From Gammaproteobacteria bacterium (GTDB lineage: Bacteria > Pseudomonadota > Gammaproteobacteria > GCA-002705445 > GCA-002716945), in NCBI GenBank assembly GCA_045561295.1, contig JBJKYD010000017.1:1-19774 (forward strand): a DNA stretch of 19,774 bases. Reading direction: 5' to 3'. The notes below the pieces were generated by a model. It saw only the letters and a list, made by a program, of their open reading frames with translations. It was not told where the DNA came from and did not search any database. A program made the position numbers and the translations under genes. This document shows positions 1-8,400 of this stretch, piece by piece; position 1 is the stretch's first letter; the number at the start of each line of letters is the position of its first letter.

Positions 1-132
1 TCTCAACTAATGAAATTAAAGCTCAATTCACAAAAAAAAAGCTGCAATAAATATCTTAAGATTTTTGAGAGATTCGACAGAAAAAAACAAAAAAGTTTGG
101 ATGATCTGGGCAAAATGATTAATGGATACTAA
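1..132 (+). CDS. 3' end of a hypothetical protein (partial, runs off window start)
   Basis: Frame 1 is open from base 1 to TAA at 130-132 (SQLMKLKLNSQKKSCNKYLKIFERFDRKKQKSLDDLGKMINGY*) and overlaps the next ATG at 122, as in a coupled operon. No recognisable homology. Confidence 0.4.
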   Translation, partial: SQLMKLKLNSQKKSCNKYLKIFERFDRKKQKSLDDLGKMINGY

Positions 133-352
133 TAACAGAATTAAAAGTTTTCTACATACTTTTTTTGTCATAAAAAAAGAAGATTTTTACCTATCGAATA
201 AAGCTATAATTCATGACTTCAAAAACAAACCAGGGCTCTTTCATATTGCAAAAAATAGACAGATTGGTGTTGAGGAAGTCTATAATATAGTCAAGACTCA
301 TGATATAAATGTATTAAATACAAATATTATTAAATTAATGGAGTCTAAATGA
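122..352 (+). CDS. Small hypothetical protein, possible Mor-type helix-turn-helix DNA-binding protein
   Basis: 76-aa ORF, ATGA-type overlap with the next ORF. Segment SNKAIIHDFKNKPGLFHIAKNRQIGVEEVYNIVK resembles the C-terminal HTH pattern of Mor/C activators (by eye only). Confidence 0.5.
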   Translation: MDTNNRIKSFLHTFFVIKKEDFYLSNKAIIHDFKNKPGLFHIAKNRQIGVEEVYNIVKTHDINVLNTNIIKLMESK

Positions 353-558
353 AGCCTTTGGGTCCACCGCCAAGAATATATGGCATGAAAATCACTTCTA
401 ATAGAATAGAAGCTTTTTTTGTTTTATTCGCCACTGTAGTCTTGACGTTAATTTTCTATGCTAATGACTTTGGTAAAACTAGCCAAGTAATTTTCTCTCT
501 AGGTATTGCATGGATATTATATCTTTGGTTTATTAAAAAACCTGAAAGACCTTACTAG
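349..558 (+). CDS. Small membrane protein, two predicted TM helices
   Basis: 69 aa. GGAG SD at 340-343. Hydrophobic stretches AFFVLFATVVLTLIFY and VIFSLGIAWILYLWFI with basic flanks. Confidence 0.7.
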   Translation: MKPLGPPPRIYGMKITSNRIEAFFVLFATVVLTLIFYANDFGKTSQVIFSLGIAWILYLWFIKKPERPY

Positions 559-569
559 CAAAAAAAATA

Positions 570-598
570 ATGCTATAAGTCTGATGCTTTGCTAATAT
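570..598 (+). promoter_or_regulatory. Putative sigma70 promoter for tRNA-Tyr/Gly
   Basis: ATGCTA (570-575), 17 nt, TAATAT (593-598) with extended -10 TG at 590-591 and an A-tract upstream; 16 nt before tRNA-Tyr. Confidence 0.4.
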
Positions 599-614
599 AC
601 ACAAGTTGATTTTC

Positions 615-696
615 GGAGGGGTACTCAAGCGGTCAACGAGGGCAGACTGTAAATCTGCTGGCCCTGCCTTCGCAGGTTCGAATCCTGCCCCCTCCA
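615..696 (+). tRNA. tRNA-Tyr (GTA)
   Basis: Acceptor GGAGGGG/CCCCTCC, anticodon arm GCAGA-CTGTAAA-TCTGC, long variable arm, T arm GCAGG-TTCGAAT-CCTGC, discriminator A696; CCA not encoded. Confidence 0.98.
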
Positions 697-708
697 AATT
701 CAACCGAT

Positions 709-779
709 GCGGGTATGGTACAATGGTAGAACTTCAGCCTTCCAAGCTGACGATGCGGGTTCGATTCCCGCTACCCGCT
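709..779 (+). tRNA. tRNA-Gly (TCC)
   Basis: Acceptor GCGGGTA/TACCCGC, anticodon arm TCAGC-CTTCCAA-GCTGA, T arm GCGGG-TTCGATT-CCCGC, discriminator T779; followed by CAA, not CCA. Confidence 0.98.
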
Positions 780-828
780 CAAAAACCCTCTAAACAAATG
801 TTTAATTGACGAGTAATTAAATTTTCAC

Positions 829-925
829 AATTAGCACTTACCATGGAGTCAACTTTTCCTCCAGAAAAGCTACTTGCAGGAGCTAATTAATTCATCCCTT
901 GTTAATTAGCTCCGAGTGGGGGTTA
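829..925. ncRNA. Unassigned structured element (candidate sRNA or cis-regulatory RNA)
   Basis: Perfect 12-bp inverted repeat GGAGCTAATTAA (879-890)/TTAATTAGCTCC (902-913), second hairpin CTTTTC (853-858)/GAAAAG (864-869), closing helix CACTT (835-839)/GAGTG (914-918). No family recognised. Confidence 0.35.
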
Positions 926-941
926 ATCTAGACCAATCTTG

Positions 942-977
942 TTGTATAAAAGCCTTCTTTTTAATATCATCGCAGGG
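942..977 (+). promoter_or_regulatory. Putative sigma70 promoter for tRNA-Thr and tuf
   Basis: TTGTAT (942-947), 17 nt, TATCAT (965-970), then a GC-rich discriminator-like CGCAGGG typical of stringently controlled promoters. Confidence 0.55.
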
Positions 978-988
978 ACTGATAGATT

Positions 989-1061
989 GCCCATATAGCT
1001 CAGTCGGCAGAGCACTTCCTTGGTAAGGAAGAGGTCACCGGTTCAAATCCGGTTATGGGCT
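989..1061 (+). tRNA. tRNA-Thr (GGT)
   Basis: Acceptor GCCCATA/TATGGGC, D arm GCTC/GAGC, anticodon arm CTTCC-TTGGTAA-GGAAG, T arm ACCGG-TTCAAAT-CCGGT; CCA not encoded. Confidence 0.98.
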
Positions 1062-1159
1062 CTTTTTTTGTTGATTTCATTAAAATTTTAGTGTAAATGA
1101 GCATAAAAGTGGTTTATCATATCATCCACTTGAAAGTTAACTAACCCGGGATTTAGAAA

Positions 1160-2350
1160 ATGGCTAAGGAAAAATTTGAACGAAATAAGGCCCATGTGAA
1201 CGTTGGCACAATTGGACACGTAGATCATGGTAAAACAACATTAACTGCAGCTATCACAAAAGTGATGGGCGAGAAGTTTGGTGGTGAGGCAAAAGCTTAT
1301 GACCAAATTGATAATGCTCCTGAAGAAAGAGAACGTGGGATCACAATTGCCACAGCTCACGTAGAGTATGAGTCTACAGATAGACATTATGCTCACGTTG
1401 ATTGTCCAGGACATGCTGATTATGTAAAAAACATGATTACAGGTGCTGCTCAGATGGATGGAGCTATATTAGTTTGCTCTGCAGCAGATGGACCTATGCC
1501 ACAAACAAGAGAACATATCTTACTTGCTAGACAGGTTGGAGTACCACACGTAATTGTATATTTGAACAAAGCCGATCAAGTAGACGATAAAGAATTAACA
1601 GAATTAGTTGAGATGGAAATTAGAGAACTTCTATCTAAATATGACTTTCCGGGTGACGATGTACCTATAATCTCTGGTTCAGCTCTAAAAGCTATCGAAG
1701 GAGATACATCGGAAATAGGCGTACCTTCAATCGAAAAGCTAGTTGAAGAAATGGATAAATTTATACCTGTTCCCGAGCGCCCAATTGATCAAACATTCCT
1801 AATGCCTATAGAAGATGTATTTTCAATCTCAGGTAGAGGAACAGTTGTAACTGGCCGTATCGAAAGAGGAAAAGTAAATGTAGGTGAGGAAATTGAGATT
1901 GTTGGAATCAAAGACACACAAAAAACTACATGTACTGGTGTTGAAATGTTTAGAAAACTTCTAGATGAAGGCGTTGCAGGTGATAACGTCGGCGTACTAC
2001 TTAGAGGTACCAAGCGTGAGGAAGTTGAGAGAGGTCAAGTATTATGTGTACCTGGCTCTATTAAACCTCATACAAAATTTGAATGTGAAGTTTACGTTTT
2101 ATCAAAAGATGAAGGTGGAAGACATACTCCATTCTTTGGTAACTACAGACCTCAGTTTTACTTCAGAACTACTGACGTAACTGGTGCTATAGAATTGCCT
2201 AAAGATGTGGAAATGGTCATGCCTGGTGATAATGTTAAAATGAACGTCGAACTGATTACACCTATTGCTTTAGAAGCGGGTCTAAAATTTGCAATACGTG
2301 AAGGTGGCAAAACAGTTGGAGCTGGAGTTGTATCGAAAATAGTCGAGTAA
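1160..2350 (+). CDS. tuf: Elongation factor Tu
   Basis: 396 aa. GHVDHGKT P-loop, [18 protein letters not shown]-terminal TVGAGVV. Confidence 0.99.
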   Translation: MAKEKFERNKAHVNVGTIGHVDHGKTTLTAAITKVMGEKFGGEAKAYDQIDNAPEERERGITIATAHVEYESTDRHYAHVDCPGHADYVKNMITGAAQMDGAILVCSAADGPMPQTREHILLARQVGVPHVIVYLNKADQVDDKELTELVEMEIRELLSKYDFPGDDVPIISGSALKAIEGDTSEIGVPSIEKLVEEMDKFIPVPERPIDQTFLMPIEDVFSISGRGTVVTGRIERGKVNVGEEIEIVGIKDTQKTTCTGVEMFRKLLDEGVAGDNVGVLLRGTKREEVERGQVLCVPGSIKPHTKFECEVYVLSKDEGGRHTPFFGNYRPQFYFRTTDVTGAIELPKDVEMVMPGDNVKMNVELITPIALEAGLKFAIREGGKTVGAGVVSKIVE

Positions 2351-2374
2351 CACTATCATTACTATAAGAATGAT

Positions 2375-2447
2375 AGGCTAGTAGCTCAACTGGTAGAGCG
2401 ACGGTCTCCAAAACCGTAGGTTGGGGGTTCGAGTCCCTCCTGGCCTG
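2375..2447 (+). tRNA. tRNA-Trp (CCA)
   Basis: Acceptor AGGCTAG/CTGGCCT, anticodon arm ACGGT-CTCCAAA-ACCGT, T arm GGGGG-TTCGAGT-CCCTC, discriminator G2447; canonical tuf-trnW-secE position; CCA end not encoded. Confidence 0.98.
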
Positions 2448-2470
2448 ACGAATTAAACATAAGGATTGCC

Positions 2471-2839
2471 ATGACAGAAACAAACATAGAACAAAAATCA
2501 AGTAACACATATCTGATACTTTCTATTGCTGTGCTGCTAGCTGGCATGGTTTTGTTCTATTATTTTAGTGATATAAGATTGTTCTATAGAGTACTTGGTA
2601 TGATATCAATCCTTATATTGTCAAGCTTTATAGGATACCAAAGCGATTTTGGCAAATTAGTATATTCCTATATTACGGATTCGAAAGTTGAGCTTAAAAA
2701 AGTTACTTGGCCTACAAAACAAGAGACAACTCAAACAACACTTGGAGTAATAGTGGTAGTTATTATTGTAGGTATACTATTGTGGTTATTTGACATGCTC
2801 CTTGGCTGGGCAATCGGTACTTTATATGGAGTTGCATAA
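2471..2839 (+). CDS. secE: Preprotein translocase subunit SecE (long, three-TM form)
   Basis: ELKKVTWPTKQET motif, three hydrophobic segments, SD TAAGGA at 2460-2465, synteny. Confidence 0.98.
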   Translation: MTETNIEQKSSNTYLILSIAVLLAGMVLFYYFSDIRLFYRVLGMISILILSSFIGYQSDFGKLVYSYITDSKVELKKVTWPTKQETTQTTLGVIVVVIIVGILLWLFDMLLGWAIGTLYGVA

Positions 2840-3366
2840 TGGATTGGTATGTATTACAAGCATTTTCCGGTTATGAGAATAAAGTAAAATTAACACTTGA
2901 AGATAGAATTAGAAGAAGTGGCCTAGAGAAGTCTTTTGAAGAAATACTAGTTCCAACAGAAGAAGTTCTTGAAATTAAAGAAGGAAAAAAGAAAAGATCA
3001 GAAAGAAAATATTTTCCGGGATATGTAATGATAAAAATGGATATGAATGATGAGACATGGCATCTAGTTAAAAATGCGCCCCAAGTATTAGGCTTTATAG
3101 GCGGTACAAGTGATAAACCAGTGCCGTTAAAGCAATCTGAGGCTGACAATTTAATCCAATCAATGCAAGAAGATGTCGATAAACCTAAACCAAAAGTAAT
3201 GTTTGAGCCTGGTGAAGTTGTACGTATTACTGACGGTCCATTCAACGACTTTAACGGTGTTGTAGAAACAGTTGATTTTGAAAAAAATAAGCTTAAAGTA
3301 TCAGTTCTAGTTTTTGGTAAGCCAACACCAATTGAGCTTTCATTGACACAAGTGGAGAAAGGATAA
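2839..3366 (+). CDS. nusG: Transcription termination/antitermination factor NusG
   Basis: [20 protein letters not shown] motif [18 protein letters not shown]. Confidence 0.99.
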   Translation: MDWYVLQAFSGYENKVKLTLEDRIRRSGLEKSFEEILVPTEEVLEIKEGKKKRSERKYFPGYVMIKMDMNDETWHLVKNAPQVLGFIGGTSDKPVPLKQSEADNLIQSMQEDVDKPKPKVMFEPGEVVRITDGPFNDFNGVVETVDFEKNKLKVSVLVFGKPTPIELSLTQVEKG

Positions 3367-3797
3367 TGGCAGCAAAAGAATTAATAACTCAAGTTAAACT
3401 TCAAGTACCTGCAGGCGCTGCTAACCCAGCTCCTCCTGTTGGCCCGGCATTAGGCCAGCATGGACTTAATATTCAAGATTTTTGTAAGCAATTTAATGAT
3501 AAGACCAAAGACTCAGAGAAGGGAATGGCGTTGCCTGTGGTAATAAATGTATATAAAGATAGATCATTTGATTTTGTTATAAAATCAGCACCTGCTGCTG
3601 CATTACTTAAAAAAGCTGCTGGAATTCAAAAAGGTAGCCCAACACCACATACTGATAAAGTGGCAAAAGTCACAAAAGACCAATTAGCAGAAATAGTTAA
3701 AATAAAAGAAGGAGATTTGACTGGAGCAAATCTAGAAAATTCAATAAAGATTATCGCAGGAACTGCAAGAAGCATGGGTATTGAGGTAGAAGAATAA
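3366..3797 (+). CDS. rplK: 50S ribosomal protein L11
   Basis: [23 protein letters not shown]; IAGTARSMG. Confidence 0.99.
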   Translation: MAAKELITQVKLQVPAGAANPAPPVGPALGQHGLNIQDFCKQFNDKTKDSEKGMALPVVINVYKDRSFDFVIKSAPAAALLKKAAGIQKGSPTPHTDKVAKVTKDQLAEIVKIKEGDLTGANLENSIKIIAGTARSMGIEVEE

Positions 3798-4498
3798 TGG
3801 CATTATCAAAAAGAATAAAGACTATTAAAGAAAAGATAGATGTTATCAAAGATTATGATATCGAAGAAGCTATTGAATTACTTAAAAGTGCACCAAAAGT
3901 AAAATTTAATGAGAGCGTTGACCTCAGTGTAAATTTAGGAATTGATGCTTCTAAATCTGATCAAGGAGTTAGAGGCTCATCAACTCTTCCCCATGGTATA
4001 GGAAAAAATATGAACGTTGTCGCATTTGCAGATGGTGAAGATGAAAAAGCTGCTAAAGATGCAGGTGCAGATACAGTAGGGTTTGAAGATTTAATTGAAC
4101 AGGTTAAAAAAGACAAAGATCTTGTTGCAGATATTGTCGTTGCAACACCAGATTGTATGAAAAAGATGGGTCAATTAGGTAGAATTTTAGGACCAAAAAA
4201 CCTTATGCCTAATCCAAAAGAGGGTACAGTTACTAAAAATATTGGTGAGGCAGTTTCAAAAGCCAAAAAAGGCCAGATAAGGTATAAAAACGATAAAGCT
4301 GGCATCATTCATACAATCGTTGGCAAGCTTGATTTTGATACTAAAAAATTAGCAGATAATGTAGCATCGCTTATTTCAGATTTAAATAAATCCAAACCCT
4401 CATCTGCTAAGGGTAAATATATGAAAAATATTACAATTTCCTCTACTATGGGACCAGGAATTAGGGTAGACTTGTCGTCAGTCGAGAAGAGGAGCTAA
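3797..4498 (+). CDS. rplA: 50S ribosomal protein L1
   Basis: KFNESVD, LGRILGPKNLMPNPKEGTV, ISSTMGPG. Confidence 0.99.
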   Translation: MALSKRIKTIKEKIDVIKDYDIEEAIELLKSAPKVKFNESVDLSVNLGIDASKSDQGVRGSSTLPHGIGKNMNVVAFADGEDEKAAKDAGADTVGFEDLIEQVKKDKDLVADIVVATPDCMKKMGQLGRILGPKNLMPNPKEGTVTKNIGEAVSKAKKGQIRYKNDKAGIIHTIVGKLDFDTKKLADNVASLISDLNKSKPSSAKGKYMKNITISSTMGPGIRVDLSSVEKRS

Positions 4499-4499
4499 A

Positions 4500-5021
4500 A
4501 TGCCATTAAACCTTACACAAAAACAAGATCTTGTAAAAGAAATGGCAGCAATCTTAAGTGATGCCGAGGTTGTACTGACCGCTGACTATTCAGGGTTAAC
4601 ATCAAACGAATTAAATGAGCTTAGAAAAACTACACGCGAAGCTGGTGTCTTTCTAAAATTAGTTAAAAATAACATGCTCAAAATGGCTCTTAAAGATAGT
4701 CAATTCTCATCAATGTCTGAAAATATCTCAGGACCTCAGTTAGTTGCGGTAGGTAAAGAGGATGCTGGAAAATTTGCTAAATCCATCAAAGAATTCGCTG
4801 ATAAACACGAGAATCTAAAACCAAAAGCTATTAATTATCAAGGTCAAGACTTAGACATTAGTGAGCTTAAGAAGCTTGCATCACTTCCTACTTACGAAGA
4901 AGCGATTTCAAAATTACTATCAGTAATGCAGGGCCCTATTCGTAAGCTTATGGGCACTATGCAAGCAGTACCAAGTAAGCTTGTAAGAACAGTTGATGCA
5001 GTGAAGGCATCAAAGAATTAA
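4500..5021 (+). CDS. rplJ: 50S ribosomal protein L10
   Basis: DYSGL..ELRK, VKNN, LASLPTYEEA; position between rplA and rplL. Confidence 0.98.
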   Translation: MPLNLTQKQDLVKEMAAILSDAEVVLTADYSGLTSNELNELRKTTREAGVFLKLVKNNMLKMALKDSQFSSMSENISGPQLVAVGKEDAGKFAKSIKEFADKHENLKPKAINYQGQDLDISELKKLASLPTYEEAISKLLSVMQGPIRKLMGTMQAVPSKLVRTVDAVKASKN

Positions 5022-5039
5022 TTTAATCGGGAGAAAATA

Positions 5040-5414
5040 ATGGCAGTAACTAAAGAGGATATACTAGAAAGCATTTCCAATATGACTGTAATGGAAGTTG
5101 TGGATCTAATATCAGAAATGGAAGAAAAATTTGGCGTGACAGCAGCAGCAGCTGTAGCAGCAGCTCCAGCAGCAGCTGGAGGCAGTGAAGCAGCGGCAGA
5201 AAAAACTGAGTTTGATGTAGCCCTAGCAGATATGGGTGGCAATAAAGTTGCAGTTATTAAAGCTGTGAGAGCGATCACAGGTCTTGGATTAAAAGAAGCA
5301 AAAGACAAGGTTGAATCAGCACCATGTGTTTTAAAAGAAGGCGTTTCTAAAGAAGAAGCGGATGATTTTAAAAAACAATTGGAAGAAGCTGGAGCAACTG
5401 TTGAACTTAAATAA
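5040..5414 (+). CDS. rplL: 50S ribosomal protein L7/L12
   Basis: EEKFGV, Ala-rich hinge, [20 protein letters not shown]. Confidence 0.99.
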   Translation: MAVTKEDILESISNMTVMEVVDLISEMEEKFGVTAAAAVAAAPAAAGGSEAAAEKTEFDVALADMGGNKVAVIKAVRAITGLGLKEAKDKVESAPCVLKEGVSKEEADDFKKQLEEAGATVELK

Positions 5415-5489
5415 ATTTAGACAACTAATCAAACCTCAAACTAACGTTGAGATAATAAATTTGGTAACAACCAAAAGGAACTTTTGGCT

Positions 5490-8400
5490 ATGACGTACTC
5501 CTATACTGAAAAAAAGCGTATCCGTAAGAGTTTTGGTAAGACAAGTGACGTCATCAAAGCACCAAACTTAATAGATTTGCAGATTAATTCATACAATGAA
5601 TTTTTAGGTATAATAGAAAATAATTTTAACCTTAAAGAATCAGGCTTAAATAAGGTATTTGAATCAGTTTTCCCGATTTATGACTATTCAAATAATTGCA
5701 AATTAGAATATTCAAGTTTCAAACTTGATAAACCTGAATTCACAGAGGAAGAATGTAGGATAAGTAGTAAAACTTATTCTGTCCCAATCAAAGTTAATTT
5801 TAAACTTTATACTAATATTGATGAGAAAAACTCTGAAAAAGTAGAGATTTTCGAAAACGAAGAGGTCTTTCTAGGCGAATTACCTATTATGACTAAGTAT
5901 GGCACTTTCATTGTCAATGGGACTGAAAGAGTTGTAGTCTCACAACTGCATAGATCACCCGGGGTATTTTTCGATCATGACCGTGGAAGAACACATTCAT
6001 CAGGTAAACTTTTATTTTCTGCAAGAGTAATACCATACAGAGGTTCATGGTTAGATTTTGAATTCGATCAAAAGGATATAATTTTTGCACGGATTGATAG
6101 AAGAAGAAAAATTCCTTCAACTATAATACTTAGAGCTCTGGGGTATTCTACTCAAGAAATCATCAATCAATTCTATGAGCTCAACAAAATTACAATAAAA
6201 GACGGGAATATATTTATTGATCAACGACTTGAAGATCTTAAAGGCAGTATTGCTTCTTTTGATATTTATCATAATAAAAAACTTATAGTCGCAAAAGGAA
6301 AACGTATTACAGTCCGACAAATTGAGCTAGCAAAAAAAAGTAAAATGAAAAGTTATCAAGTCCCTGACGACTTTCTTTTGGGGAAACGGATTGCTGATGA
6401 TGTTTTAATAAAACTAAAGGGCTCTGATATCAAAGTTGATATGATATCGTCTGAACAAATAGTAGATCCTGAAACAGGAGAACTTGTGTGCGAAGCCAAT
6501 CAAAAAATTGATAAAACAATGAAAGAAAAACTAGCCGAGGTTAAAAAAGTCTCCGTTAATATATTATCTTGTAATCAAGAAATTGATGTCGATACAATAG
6601 CACTTATTCATGAACTTAATATTTCAAGCTTTTCAATACTTCATACAAATGATCTAGATAAGGGCTCTTTTATTTGTAATACATTAGATGTTGATCCTAC
6701 CAATGATCAGAATTCGGCTTTGATAGAGATTTATAGAATGATGAGACCCGGAGAACCACCCACAGCTGATGCATCGAGTACGTTATTTACAAATTTATTT
6801 CAATCAACTGAAAGATATGATCTGTCCGACGTTGGAAGAATGAAGTTTAATTCAAGAGTGGGTAGAGAAAAAATGGAGGGTGACACAACACTATCAAACG
6901 ATGACATTTTAGATGTGCTTAAAACACTCATAAATATAAGGAACGGGTCTGATACAGTAGATGATATAGATCATCTTGGTAACAGAAGAGTGAAATGTGT
7001 TGGTGAGATGGTAGAAAATGTATTCAGGGTTGGTCTCGTTAGAGTCGAAAAAGCGGTTAAAGAGAGAATGACAACTATGGAATTGTCAGAAAAACTTCAG
7101 CCAAAAGATATAGTTAATTCAAAACCAATAACAGCTACGCTGAAAGAATTTTTTGGGACTAGTCAATTGTCTCAATTCATGGATCAAAATAATCCTCTTG
7201 CTGAAATAACTCACAAACGAAGAATCTCAGCACTTGGCCCTGGTGGACTTACTAGAGAGCGAGCTGGGTTTGAAGTAAGGGATGTTCATCCAACGCATTA
7301 TGGTCGTGTATGTCCGATTGAAACTCCTGAGGGTCCTAATATTGGGCTTATAAATTCACTTGCAACCTACTCGAGAACAAACTCCTATGGTTTTCTCGAG
7401 ACACCTTATAGAGTAGTAACTAAAAATAAAGTAAAAGGTGAAATTAAATGGCTTTCAGCTATTGAAGAGAGCAAATACACTATTGCACAAGCAAATACAC
7501 CTCTAGATGCGAAAGGTAACATTCAGGGTGATTTAATTTCATGCAGATTCAATAATGAATTCACCATTTCATCGCCTGATAAAGTTGACCTTATGGATGT
7601 TTCACCTAGACAGGTGGTATCAGTAGCTGCGGCACTTATACCATTTCTTGAGCATGATGATGCGAATAGAGCACTGATGGGATCTAACATGCAGAGACAA
7701 GCAGTACCGCTACTTATACCAGATAAGCCTCTGGTTGGTACAGGCATGGAAAAAACTGTTGCTGTTGATTCTGGAGCGTCAGTTAAAGTTAAAAGAGATG
7801 GAATAGTAGATTATGTGGATGCATCAAGAATAATTGTAAATGTAGATGAAAAAGATTTTGGCGATGATACAGATACAGGTGTTGATATTTATCCACTCAC
7901 TAAGTACACGCGGACTAATCAAAACACATGTATAAATCAAAGACCACTTGTGAAACCAGGTGACAAGGTAGTTGCCGGAGATGCAATAGCTGATGGTCCA
8001 TCAACAGATTTAGGTGAGTTAGCATTAGGACAAAACTTATTGATAGCATTCATGCCTTGGAATGGATACAACTATGAAGATTCAATACTTGTCTCTGAAA
8101 AAGTAGTTAGAGAGGACAGATTTACTTCTATTCATATAGAGGAACTAGAATGTGTTGCTAGGGACACTAAGTTAGGATCAGAGGAAATCACTTCAGATAT
8201 TCCAAATGTCAGTGAAAATTTACTTAACAAGTTAGATACCTCAGGAATAGTCTACGTCGGAGCAGAAGTGAAATCAGGTGACATACTGGTCGGCAAAGTC
8301 ACACCTAAAGGTGAGACACAACTCACACCCGAAGAAAAACTACTTAGAGCAATATTTGGAGAGAAAGCATCCGACGTCAAGGACTCTTCTCTAAAAGTGC

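Noticed and set aside
718-733. A-A mismatch in the tRNA-Gly D stem as pseudogenisation
   Set aside because: tRNA-Gly(TCC) D stems are often imperfect, and all other arms are intact.
606-809. 67-aa ORF on +
   Set aside because: Overlies tRNA-Tyr and tRNA-Gly; a translation artefact of tRNA sequence.
779-844. Minus-strand 21-codon ORF MVSANCENLITRQLNICLEGF as a type I toxin
   Set aside because: Not hydrophobic enough, and GGAGG is about 13 nt from the ATG.
879-913. 12-bp hairpin as an intrinsic terminator, CRISPR repeat or self-cleaving ribozyme
   Set aside because: No U-tract on either side, single copy with no spacers, and no hammerhead, HDV or twister core recognised.
2262-2510. 82-aa ORF on -
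   Set aside because: Antisense to the tuf end, tRNA-Trp and secE start; ARRDSNPQP is the typical tRNA shadow.
5138-5200. GCA triplet repeats
   Set aside because: They encode the normal Ala-rich hinge of L7/L12.
5484-5489. TTG start for rpoB
   Set aside because: ATG at 5490 matches the conserved M-x-YSYTEKK N-terminus and has more typical SD spacing.
7140-7355. Rifampicin-resistance region variants (GTSQ, PLAEITH)
   Set aside because: Key residues equivalent to E. coli Q513, D516, H526, S531 and I572 are wild type; the T508 and A522 equivalents are natural variants in other bacteria.
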